Shown here piece after piece: positions 1-9,036 of a DNA stretch of 64,000 nt. This stretch comes from an uncultured Acidobacteriota bacterium (GTDB lineage: Bacteria; Acidobacteriota; UBA6911): NCBI GenBank assembly GCA_963843575.1, contig CAWJKZ010000013.1, forward strand, positions 288,001-352,000, in the 5' to 3' direction. The notes under the pieces were generated by a model, which did not search any database, had not been told where the DNA came from, and worked only from the letters and a program-made list of their open reading frames with translations. The number at the start of each line of letters is the position of its first letter. The stretch's first letter is position 1. The position numbers and the translations under genes were made by a program.

Positions 1-178
1 GGCGACGCCATCCGGTCACTGCCGGAGAAATACCGGACGGCTTTTATCATGAAAGAGATACAGGAGTTGCCCTACGAGGCGATCGCAAAGATCCTGAGCT
101 TGCTCGGAAGGCACCATCAAGTCCAGGCTCCACCGTGCGCGTGAACTGCTGCAGCGGAAGTTGCAGCATTACTTGTAG
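1..178 (+). CDS. ECF sigma factor (RpoE/SigW-like), C-terminal region 4 only; 1-nt frameshift near 100
   Basis: Manual translation GDAIRSLPEKYRTAFIMKEIQELPYEAIAKILS / CSEGTIKSRLHRARELL...HYL* gives a sigma-70 region 4 HTH; a zinc-finger anti-sigma gene follows. Confidence 0.9.
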
Positions 179-204
179 ACGGCACTTACTCGGGTACTGC
201 GTTT

Positions 205-893
205 ATGGATTGCCGGAGGTTTCATCACAACCTGGACGATTACCTGCAGGGGGGGCTCGACTTCGCGGGTCGCTTCGGCATGGAACGTCATGCGCAGCAG
301 TGCTTCGGCTGCGGCAAGGATGTGGCCGACGCCCAGAAGCTGGGCCAGATGGCGCGGGAGTTGGGCAGGGTGAAGGCCCCACCGAACTTCGAAGCGGCCG
401 TACTGACCAGAATCCAGGCACGCAAGGCCACGCGCAGACGCTACTGGATGCCCTGGATTTACCGCTGGGACTGGTTTTCCTGGCGCTCGGCCGCTGTCGG
501 CATCTCGGTTGCCGCCGGCGTTCTGCTGGCCGTCCTCCTGACGCCATGGACGCCCTTCCAGAGCCGGCCCGCTTCTCCCGATTCGGCCGGCGGTTGTGGC
601 CAAGGAGTCCGTCGGTGGCGGGAAGGGAATCGACAACCCGGCCTTCGCGGTGCGGCCGCCCGCGGCGAGGGAAGCCGACAGCCCGCTCGCGTTCTCCGAG
701 CCCCGGCTCCCCACCCTCGTGGGGGAGGACACGCCGGTCCCGATCGATGCGGAACCCGGAGATGCGGGTTTTGTCGAGTACATGGTACCCGGGCCGGGGG
801 ATCGTCCTGTGATCATGCGCCTGCCCAAGTCGGTGCGGATGCGCTACGGCCCGCCCGTCGGAAGAGTACTTCATGCGCAACGTGAGCCACTGA
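205..893 (+). CDS. Membrane-anchored anti-sigma factor with zf-HC2 (ZAS) domain; frameshifts near 590 and 853
   Basis: HAQQCFGC (HxxxCxxC) motif and TM segment AAVGISVAAGVLLAVLL; continues in ORF 596..904 and ends EEYFMRNVSH* at 893. Confidence 0.85.
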
Positions 894-900
894 CCGCGCC

Positions 901-2296
901 ATGAGATACCAGGCCGAAGTGAAGAGCAGCAGCCTGGCCCACCTTGCTGGCCGTCGCGTTCTGCCTTGCCGCTGCGGGCGGCGCCCGGGGACAGGAAGGC
1001 GCACCCAACCGCGCCGCCGTGGAACCGTCGCTGGTCCGGGTCAATATCGTCTCCGAGATCCGGCTCCCGGGCAACTTCGAGGTCTACGGCAAACGCATAC
1101 CCGAGTATCAGCCCAAGATCATCCAGGTGTTCCCTTCCACGGGCGTGGTCATCGACGACAAAGGCCACGTGCTTACCTTCCTCGGCTACCGCTGGGTGGA
1201 TATCCAGTCGGCGGATCCCCGCATCGACATAATCACCGGCGAGGGCCGCAGATACCGGGGCAAGCTTGTCGGCATCGACCAGAGCATGGGTGTCGCCGTC
1301 GTCGTTTCCCCTGACAGCAAGCTCAGGAAGACGCCGCTGTGCCGGAACTGCGAGATCCGCGACGGAGCCACCGTCGCGGCGCCGGTAAACTCCGGGTCCG
1401 GGATCCCGGAATTCCGCAGCGCCCAGGTTCTCTCGGTCGCCGGCGCCCCTCAGGAGCCCGGCGTGTTCAGGTTTACCCTTACGTTCAACGGCGTGCCCGG
1501 CGTCGGCGAGCCGATCCTCAATACGGACCGATACGTCATGGGCTTCGTCGCCAGCCGGGAACCGGCGCGCGACGATGGGGCCGGGTCCAGCGTCGCTTTC
1601 TACCCGATCTCGCAGCTGCTGAGCTCGGCGGAGAAGATCCTGAAGGCGGGGGGCGACATCCGGACAGGCTGGCTGGGAGTGTACCTGGCAGCCGATCCCG
1701 GCAAAGAACGGGCTGCCTCCGGAGTCGCCGTCACGGCCGTCCAGGAGGGGAGTCCCGCCCAGAAGGCGGGCCTGCTCCCGGACGACGTCATCCTGAAATG
1801 GCACAAGACCGCCATCCGTGACCCGCGCCAGTTCATCCGCCTGGTCCAGGACACACCGATCGGATCGACCGTGGACATGGAGATCGTGCGGCAGGGTCGG
1901 CCGGCCACCCTGTCCGCCCTCATCGAGAGCCGGAAGCCCGAGGAGGCTATCCAGCGCCTCGCTCTCCGTTTCCCGGAAGTAATGCCCTTCACCGCCGCAG
2001 AAGCCGTCGATACGTCGTTGCTCGGGATCAACGCCGTGCCCCTGACGCCACAGCTTTCCGAGGCGCTGCAGATGCCCGGGCAGTCCGGGCTGCTGGTCGT
2101 GTCGGTCGAGCCGCAGACCCCGTTCGCGCGCGCCGGCGTGCTCGAAGGGGACGTCATCCTCTCCGCCGACGCGCAGCAGGTGCCCGACACCGGGTGGCTC
2201 GTCAGCCGCCTTAGGAGCCGCGGGGCGCGCGCTGCGGTCGTCCTCAGACTGCTGCGCAAGGGCGTCGAACGCGTCGTCACCGTCAACTTCCACTGA
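901..2296 (+). CDS. HtrA/DegP-like protein with two PDZ domains and degenerate catalytic triad; probable frameshift near 940 in the signal peptide
   Basis: Signal peptide, trypsin-like STGVVIDDKGHVLT, PDZ motifs GWLGV..GSPAQKAGL..DDVI and LLGI..PFARAGV..GDVI. Confidence 0.85.
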
Positions 2297-2317
2297 ACCA
2301 AGCGCGTCGGTCTGATC

Positions 2318-2453
2318 TGGAGTGCGGTGCCTCGGCGGCCTCGGCGCCGCTGTCACGTGCCCCTGCGGCCGGAATGCCCGGCGCCTCGGCGCCACGTCGA
2401 ATTGCGAGACGCAACCCGGCAACCTCGGCCTGCTGCGGCCGGCGCCTTCACTC
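2318..2453. repeat. REP-like family A element (TGGAGTGCGGCGCCTCGGCGCCGC)
   Basis: Same motif at 4408, 8801, 14237, 16609, 29726, 50691 and 59836. Confidence 0.75.
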
Positions 2454-2523
2454 AAAACCCGGTGCTTTTGACGGTCGCGCGGCGTATATTTCGGACGAGG
2501 GACGATCTTTCTGGAGGGGGGCG

Positions 2524-2934
2524 ATGGCCTACTGGTTGCTTCTCGCCGATCCGGCGTCATATGGATTCCAGGATCTGCTGCGCGACGGCAAGACGGTGTG
2601 GGACGGTGTCGCAGGTGCCGCCGCCCAGAAACACCTGCGCGCGTTTCGTAACGGGGACCAGGCGCTTGTCTACAACACCAGCCCGGACAAGGCCGTTGTC
2701 GGCGTGGCAAAGGTCGTGTCCGCCCCGTACCCGGACCCATCCGACCCGGAAGCGAAGCGGGTCGTCGTCGACCTTGAAGCGTCGGCGGCCCTGAAAGCGC
2801 CTGTACCTTTGTCGGCCCTGCGGCAGAACCCGAAGCTGTCCGGGATGGCGTTCCTCAAAATCCAACGTATCGCGGTCTCACCCCTCGGCGGCGAAGAGTT
2901 CGCCGAGATACTCGAGATGGGCCGGGGGCGCTGA
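2524..2934 (+). CDS. EVE domain protein
   Basis: MAYWLLLADP...TVWDGV...GDQALVYNT...PYPDP pattern; GGAGG RBS upstream. Confidence 0.85.
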   Translation: MAYWLLLADPASYGFQDLLRDGKTVWDGVAGAAAQKHLRAFRNGDQALVYNTSPDKAVVGVAKVVSAPYPDPSDPEAKRVVVDLEASAALKAPVPLSALRQNPKLSGMAFLKIQRIAVSPLGGEEFAEILEMGRGR

Positions 2935-2937
2935 GCC

Positions 2938-2966
2938 GGAAACCTTTTTGCCTTTTCTGGATCTTA
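2938..2966 (+). promoter_or_regulatory. Candidate ECF (sigmaE-type) promoter upstream of the M48 peptidase
   Basis: GGAAAC-N16-GATCTTA, similar to GCAAC-N17-CGTCTTA at 46048..46020. Confidence 0.4.
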
Positions 2967-2982
2967 TGGGTATAGGCACGGC

Positions 2983-4407
2983 ATGCCGCTACGGAGGCTT
3001 GGAATGCAGCACCACAGAAAGTCGACGGGGATAACCCGCCCCGTCCGCTCACTCACGGCGGCCCTGGGCGTATTGCTGTTGTTCGCCCCGCTTGCGTTCG
3101 CCCAGCGGACTCGCATCAAGCCGGGTTGGAACCTGTTCAGCCCGCAGCAGGACGTCGAGGTCGGGCGCCAGGTGGCGCAGGACGCGGAACGACAGCTACC
3201 GATGCTGAACGACCGTAAGGTCGACGACTACCTGAACCGGCTCGGGCGGCGGCTGGCGCAGAAGGCGCCCGGCGAGAAGTACCCATACCAGTTCAAGGGC
3301 GTGAACGACCCGTCCATCAATGCCTTCGCGCTTCCCGGGGGCTTCCTCTACGTCAACCGCGGCACCATCGAGGCCGCGGACGACGAAGCGCAACTCGCCG
3401 GTGTCATCGGCCACGAGATTGCCCACGTCGCCCTGCGCCACGGCACGAATCAAGCCAGCAAGGCCTACGCCGCCCAGGCGCCTCTCGCGCTGCTCGGCGG
3501 CATCCTCGGCAGCAATTCGATCGGTGGCGTCCTGGCCCAGGTGGGGGCCGGGTTTGCCGCAAACTCCGTCCTGCTAAAGTATTCGCGCGACGCGGAAAGA
3601 CAGGCAGACATTATCGGGTCCCAGATCATGTACGACAACAACATGGATCCCCGGGCGATGGCGCAGTTTTTCGAGAAGCTGGAGGCCGAAGGCAAAGGGC
3701 GCTCACCGGAGTTTTTCAGCAGCCACCCCAATCCTGAGAACAGGATTACCCTGATCAATTCGGAAATCAGCAAGCTCGGCGGGCAGCGCAGCTACAGGAA
3801 CGACTCCAGCGAATTCCGGGACATTCAGCGTTACCTGCGCTCGCTCCCCGCTGCCCCGCGTCAGTCGACAAGCCAGACGCGGAACGCCTCCGACACCGGG
3901 GGAGCGATCAGGACTCCGGAGCGGCCTTCTAGCCGCACCCGGAACTACTCCAACAACGTCCTCGACCTTCGTTACCCGGACAACTGGCGGGTGTCGAGCC
4001 AGGGGGATTCGTTCACGATCGCGCCGGACGGTGGTATCGCCTCCAGCAACGGCGACGCCGCCCTGGCCTATGGCGTGATCATGGCGGTGTTCGAGTCGCA
4101 GGACAGCGGCAGCACAGCGCCGCGTCTTGAAGACGCGACCGACGATCTCATCGCCGGATTGCGGAAATCGAACACGAATATGCGGGTGACGCGGGAACGC
4201 GACAGGGTGAAGATCGGCGGACAGGATGGCATGTCGACGATGCTGTCGAACGAGTCCCCGGTCGGCGGACGCGAAACGGACTGGCTGGTCACGGCGCAAC
4301 GGCCCGAAGGCCTGGTGTACCTTGTCTTCGTCGCCCCCGAACGCGAGTATTCCACCTATCAGGCTGCGTTCGAAGCCATCGTCTCCTCGATCCGCTTCTC
4401 CAGGTAA
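2983..4407 (+). CDS. M48 family (BepA/Ste24-like) exported zinc metalloprotease with extra C-terminal domain
   Basis: INAFALPGG, HEIAH, YSRDAERQAD and FFSSHP motifs; signal peptide. Confidence 0.9.
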   Translation: MPLRRLGMQHHRKSTGITRPVRSLTAALGVLLLFAPLAFAQRTRIKPGWNLFSPQQDVEVGRQVAQDAERQLPMLNDRKVDDYLNRLGRRLAQKAPGEKYPYQFKGVNDPSINAFALPGGFLYVNRGTIEAADDEAQLAGVIGHEIAHVALRHGTNQASKAYAAQAPLALLGGILGSNSIGGVLAQVGAGFAANSVLLKYSRDAERQADIIGSQIMYDNNMDPRAMAQFFEKLEAEGKGRSPEFFSSHPNPENRITLINSEISKLGGQRSYRNDSSEFRDIQRYLRSLPAAPRQSTSQTRNASDTGGAIRTPERPSSRTRNYSNNVLDLRYPDNWRVSSQGDSFTIAPDGGIASSNGDAALAYGVIMAVFESQDSGSTAPRLEDATDDLIAGLRKSNTNMRVTRERDRVKIGGQDGMSTMLSNESPVGGRETDWLVTAQRPEGLVYLVFVAPEREYSTYQAAFEAIVSSIRFSR

Positions 4408-4472
4408 GGAGTGCGGCGCCTCGGCGCCATACGGGCTTGCGCCCTGCGGCGTCGTCGAGCCGCCGCACTCCA
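4408..4472. repeat. REP-like family A inverted pair between convergent genes
   Basis: GGAGTGCGGCG...CGCCGCACTCC. Confidence 0.8.
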
Positions 4473-4481
4473 CAGCTGGCT

Positions 4482-5303
4482 TCACTTCGCCATTTCCGGC
4501 GGGATGGGAAGGGTGACGGCGCCGGTGGCGGCCCACTCGGCTCCGCGGGTGAATGTCACCACGAAGGCCGGGGTCTGGACGGCCGGTATGTCGTGTCCCA
4601 GAGCGGTGGTGAACACCCTCCCTTTGCCATATTCCGTCGTCCAGAGCATCGGCTGATCGATCCCCGCGCCCGGAGTCGGCTGTTTAGCCTTGCCGCCGTA
4701 GAGGGCGTGATCGTCCCACGCGGTCGCGAGTACGTGGTAGGTGCCCGCTGGCTGCCAGCGGAGATTCGCGTACAGCTCGTCTTTCGGCTGGGGGAACGAC
4801 GCCTTCACCCCCCGGGTGATCGGGTGATCGGCGTCCTTGATGTCGACCGTGAAGTCGTGCCCCGCCGAGTGGTGACCGTTTCCAGGTCTCCAGTTGCCGG
4901 CCGATAGCTTCTCGTACTCGCCCCAGCCTTCGAACGCGGCGACGGAGAAGTGGTAGACGACGATGCCCTTTCCCGAGCGGGCAAAGTCCAGGAGTGCGTT
5001 GTCGGCCCGCTCACCCCAGCGCAATTCCGGCTTTTTCAGCTCGTAGTAGTTCAGGACGACCAGGTCGTAGGGGGCCAGGGTTTCCGGTCCGGCGCCCCGG
5101 AATTCCTCGGTGACCCGGACTGCGAACCTGCCGGTGTCTTCGAGTGCTTTGCGCAGCAGCGGGGTGGTGCCGCGCCAATCGTGCCCATTCTGTCCGGTGA
5201 TGATCAGGGTCTGAATTTTCGCGGGCCCGGACGGCGCCTGGGCGAAGAGGAAACAACCGAGCCCGAGGAGAACCGGGATCGCGATGACAATGCGCTTCTT
5301 CAT
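4482..5303 (-). CDS. Exported ThuA-like domain protein
   Basis: Signal peptide; LIITGQNGHDW, HPITRG, DELY and YGKGRVFTTALGHD motifs. Confidence 0.85.
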   Translation of the reverse strand: MKKRIVIAIPVLLGLGCFLFAQAPSGPAKIQTLIITGQNGHDWRGTTPLLRKALEDTGRFAVRVTEEFRGAGPETLAPYDLVVLNYYELKKPELRWGERADNALLDFARSGKGIVVYHFSVAAFEGWGEYEKLSAGNWRPGNGHHSAGHDFTVDIKDADHPITRGVKASFPQPKDELYANLRWQPAGTYHVLATAWDDHALYGGKAKQPTPGAGIDQPMLWTTEYGKGRVFTTALGHDIPAVQTPAFVVTFTRGAEWAATGAVTLPIPPEMAK

Positions 5304-5488
5304 GAGTTCCTCCCGAGGGTTTTGAGTCCGAGAAAACATGCCCACAGCCTAGCCCCGCTTCGGATTTATCGCCAGCAATTTGAATACCCCGCCCGGAGAA
5401 TCGGCGCGTCGGGGCGGGCGGCCTCGTGCTGAAAAAAGACACGAATTTATGCCACGTTACTACAGTATTATTGGTTCGGGGGTTTCCT

Positions 5489-6112
5489 ATGACCGGCTTG
5501 CAGAATCTGGGGTTCGTTCTCGGAACCTCGTTCGCTTCTGGTCTCAATTTGTACGCCACCATCTCGGTGCTGGGCCTGCTCCAACGCTTCGGCTTCGTCC
5601 GGTTGCCGCCGTCCCTCGAATTTGTGGCGCATCCCGTAGTGCTCGGCATCGCCCTGGCGCTCTACGTCGTCGAGTTCGTGGCGGACAAGATCCCGTACGT
5701 CGACACCGTGTGGGACACGATCCACACCTTCATCCGCCCGCCCGCAGCCGGCATCCTGGCCTACGCCTCGTTCGGCCAGGTGCCCGAAGCCTGGAGGGTC
5801 GCCGCCGGACTGCTCGCAGGGGGTGTGGCGCTGACATCGCACGGCACCAAGGCGACGGCACGCGTCGCTGCCAACACGAGCCCCGAACCGTTCAGCAACT
5901 CCATTCTGAGCCTTGGCGAAGACGGGCTCGCGATCTTCCTGGCCTGGCTGGCGGCGGAACACCCGTACCTCACCCTCTTTCTGGTCCTGGCGCTGCTCGC
6001 CGCCTCGACCTACCTGCTCGTAAAACTCTTCCGCTTCGCCAGGGTGGTGCTGCGACGTATTTTCCCCAGCGACGCGCCGGTTGCGGGGACGGCCCCGCCA
6101 GGCGCTGAATAG
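5489..6112 (+). CDS. DUF4126 family membrane protein
   Basis: SFASGLNLYA, EFVADKIPYVDTVWDTIHTFIRP and SLGED motifs. Confidence 0.85.
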   Translation: MTGLQNLGFVLGTSFASGLNLYATISVLGLLQRFGFVRLPPSLEFVAHPVVLGIALALYVVEFVADKIPYVDTVWDTIHTFIRPPAAGILAYASFGQVPEAWRVAAGLLAGGVALTSHGTKATARVAANTSPEPFSNSILSLGEDGLAIFLAWLAAEHPYLTLFLVLALLAASTYLLVKLFRFARVVLRRIFPSDAPVAGTAPPGAE

Positions 6113-6143
6113 GCTGGAATAGAGGGATCGGAGCGAGAACGGC

Positions 6144-6171
6144 CGGGCCGCGTCGGGCCGCCGCGGCCCAC
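6144..6171. repeat. REP-like family C palindrome (GGGCCGCG...CGCGGCCCAC)
   Basis: Copies at 34941, 52653, 52701 and 60833. Confidence 0.7.
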
Positions 6172-6243
6172 TCTGCCGCCGGTGCCCACTCCGCTCCAAG
6201 CCAGCGCTTGACATTTTTTTCGGATTGTGTCGGATTGATCCGC

Positions 6244-7887
6244 ATGGCGGACGCACTCTCTGCGGACCTGTTGGTCATTGGCGGTGGCATCACCGGGGCG
6301 GGTATCGCACAAGACGCCGCTGCGCGGGGCATCAAGACTATCCTGGTCGACAAGAACGATTTCGCCTCCGGAACGAGTTCCCGCAGTTCCAAGCTGGTTC
6401 ACGGAGGATTGCGTTACCTCGAGCATTTCAGCCTCGGGTTGATGCGGGAATCGATCTCCGAAAGACACACGCTGGCGCGGCTCGCGCCCGGCCTGGTGCG
6501 CTGGTCCCCTTTTCTCCTCCCGTTCTATCGCGGCAGAACAAGCCGCTGGCTCTACTCGTCGGGCCTGTGGCTCTACGATCACCTCGCGCGCACCACGCGG
6601 GAGCGCAGGCACCACGTACTCGGCCCAACGGCCACGCTCGAGTTGGTTCCCGGGCTGCGCGCACAGGACCTCACGGGCGGCGCCCTCTTCTATGACTGCG
6701 TCACCGACGACGCGCGGCTGGTGCTCAGCCTGGTCCTGGATGCGCAGGCGCGGGGCGCCCGCGTCTACAACTATGCCGCGGCCGAGCAGCTGATCCTGCG
6801 TAACGGCCGCGTCGCCGGGGCGCTGATACGGGACGCTCTCACCGGGGAGTGCTGGGAGGCGAGGGCTGACCAGGTGATCGTGGCGGCGGGCCCCTGGACG
6901 GACCTGACCCTGCAGCGCCTGGGGAGAAGTTCGCGGCACGACCGGATCCGGCCCGCCAAGGGAGTCCACATTGTGCTTCGCGCCGGCCGCCTGCCGCTCC
7001 GACACACCACCCTGATCCCCTCGGCGCATGACAGGCGATTCCTCTTCGTCATCCCGTGGTATGAAGGGATCGTCGTCGGGACGACCGACACCGAATACCC
7101 CGGTGACCCGGATACCGTCGGCCCGGAGCGCGCCGACGTCGAGTATATCCTCGACGCGCTGAACTGGGCTTTCCCGAATGCCCACCTCGGCTTCCCCGAC
7201 CTGGTTTCGAGCTATGCCGGCATACGGCCGCTGATCAACGCCCCGGGCCGGAAGACCGCCGACGTCCCCAGGGAATACAAGGTCTTCGAGTTCGACGACG
7301 GCCTGATTTCCGTGGCAGGCGGCAAGCTGACGACGTACCGGGTGATGGCGAAAACGGTGGTCGACCGGATCGTGCGCCGCCTCAGGACGTTCGATCGCGA
7401 CCGGGCGCTGATGCCGAGCTGGACCCACCGTATCGCACTGGGCGCCGCCCCGGATGCCTCATTCAACCCTTTCTCCCACGTGGACCTGCCGGAGGACGTC
7501 CGCGACCACCTTGTCGCCGACTACGGGCTGTGGGCCCGCCAGATCGTCTCGATCCTGGAAGTCCACCCCGAGTGGAGCAGACGAATCGCGGATGGGCTGC
7601 CCTACATCCTCGCCGAAGCCTATTTTGCTGTCACGCGGGAGCGGGCTCGCACCCTCGTGGACGTCCTTGACCGGCGGACCCGGGTGACTCTGCTGGACCC
7701 CGGGCGGGGCGAATCGTCGCTCCAGCTGGTCTGCGACGTGGTGGCCGGCGCGCTTGGCTGGTCGGCCGAAGAGGCCGGCCGCCAGAAAGACGACTACATT
7801 GAAACCGTACGCCGGCAGTTCCCCGGGCCGCGCGAGTTCCAGCCCCGCGCCGACCCGGTGGGGACCCGTCCGCCCGATCGAGGATGA
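6244..7887 (+). CDS. glpD: FAD-dependent glycerol-3-phosphate dehydrogenase
   Basis: GGGITG, GTSSRSSKLVHGGLRYL, GTTD and GGKLTTYR motifs. Confidence 0.92.
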   Translation: MADALSADLLVIGGGITGAGIAQDAAARGIKTILVDKNDFASGTSSRSSKLVHGGLRYLEHFSLGLMRESISERHTLARLAPGLVRWSPFLLPFYRGRTSRWLYSSGLWLYDHLARTTRERRHHVLGPTATLELVPGLRAQDLTGGALFYDCVTDDARLVLSLVLDAQARGARVYNYAAAEQLILRNGRVAGALIRDALTGECWEARADQVIVAAGPWTDLTLQRLGRSSRHDRIRPAKGVHIVLRAGRLPLRHTTLIPSAHDRRFLFVIPWYEGIVVGTTDTEYPGDPDTVGPERADVEYILDALNWAFPNAHLGFPDLVSSYAGIRPLINAPGRKTADVPREYKVFEFDDGLISVAGGKLTTYRVMAKTVVDRIVRRLRTFDRDRALMPSWTHRIALGAAPDASFNPFSHVDLPEDVRDHLVADYGLWARQIVSILEVHPEWSRRIADGLPYILAEAYFAVTRERARTLVDVLDRRTRVTLLDPGRGESSLQLVCDVVAGALGWSAEEAGRQKDDYIETVRRQFPGPREFQPRADPVGTRPPDRG

Positions 7888-8798
7888 CCAAACTGTTCGT
7901 AATCGCTCACGGCAAACGGCAGGGCCCCGTCTGGGACCGCATCGTGCCCTTACTGCGGGCGTTAGCCGGGAACGCCGTTACCCTTCAGTTTACCTCGGGC
8001 CCTGGCGACGCGACCCGCATGGCGCGCGAGGCCATCGGCGCCGGGGCCGGGTGGATCGTGGCGGCCGGCGGCGACGGGACGTTCAACGAGGTCGTAAACG
8101 GCTATTTCGGCGGCGGCGGAGTTATCGAAGCCCGGACGCCCCTCAGCTTCCTCCCCTTTGGTTCCGGCAACGACTGGGTGCGGACGCTGGGAACGCCGCA
8201 GGACCCCCTGCGGGCCGCCGCGGCGCTGGAGGCCGCCCGCACGCGCCCCGTTGATGTGGCGGTTGCCCAATTCCGCAACCGACGAGGCGCGACGGAGCGG
8301 CGGGCGTTTCTGAATTTCGCGGAGGCAGGCGTCGGCGCGCAGTCCGTGCGGCACCTGAACCGCCTCCCCCAATGGGCCCGGACCGGCAGCGTATACCTCG
8401 TGACCGCCGTCGCAACCGCCTTCCCCTATCAACCGCGTGCCCTCGAACTCGCCTGCGACGGCGCGGCCCCATACGCGACCGAGCCCCTGCTCAGCCTGAT
8501 CGTCGCCAACGGACGCTTTTTCGGGGCAGGGATACAGTGCGCCCCAATGGCACAGCACGATGACGGCCTCCTCGACGTCATCACGATCGGCTCTTTCGGC
8601 ACTCTCGAAGTACTGCGCAAGGTCGGGACCTTTGTGCGCGGGTGCTACCTGGGCGAGAGCAAGGTAACCCACAGGACCGTGCGCTCCGTCGCGATAATGT
8701 CCGCATGGCCCGTGCCCTTCGAACTCGACGGCGACTTCGTGGGGACGCTGCCCGCGACCGTCACCGTCCTGCCCGGGGCACTCCAAATCAGGTGCTGA
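7884..8798 (+). CDS. Diacylglycerol/lipid kinase family protein (YegS/DAGK-like)
   Basis: GGDGTFNEV, PFGSGND, ANGRFFG and ELDGD motifs; ATGA overlap with glpD. Confidence 0.9.
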   Translation: MTKLFVIAHGKRQGPVWDRIVPLLRALAGNAVTLQFTSGPGDATRMAREAIGAGAGWIVAAGGDGTFNEVVNGYFGGGGVIEARTPLSFLPFGSGNDWVRTLGTPQDPLRAAAALEAARTRPVDVAVAQFRNRRGATERRAFLNFAEAGVGAQSVRHLNRLPQWARTGSVYLVTAVATAFPYQPRALELACDGAAPYATEPLLSLIVANGRFFGAGIQCAPMAQHDDGLLDVITIGSFGTLEVLRKVGTFVRGCYLGESKVTHRTVRSVAIMSAWPVPFELDGDFVGTLPATVTVLPGALQIRC

Positions 8799-8800
8799 TC

Positions 8801-8932
8801 TGGAGTGCGGCGCCTCGGCGACGCTAACCCATTTTTCGGGACGCGGATGCGCGCGGATCCCCACAGATCGACCTGGCGACAGGCCGCGGTCGATCCGCGT
8901 GAATCCGTTGGATCCGCGGAATCTGCGTTCTG
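8801..8932. repeat. Composite repeat: family A half-site plus family B (ACGCGGAT ~9-nt periodic inverted repeat)
   Basis: ACGCGGATGCGCGCGGATCCCCACAGATC...GATCCGCGTGAATCCG; related copies at 49490 and 54661. Confidence 0.75.
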
Positions 8933-9036
8933 TTTTGGCTTTTGTTTTTCAACGAGCGAGCAACGCAGTCAGCGGGCCGACGCGCTCCGTGTGAAGAATC
9001 ACCCAGTCGAAGATGCGTATGGTATCCTGCGACGTC

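Noticed and set aside
2524-2934. EVE protein as part of a modification-dependent defence system
   Set aside because: Stand-alone, with no adjacent nuclease, ATPase or toxin
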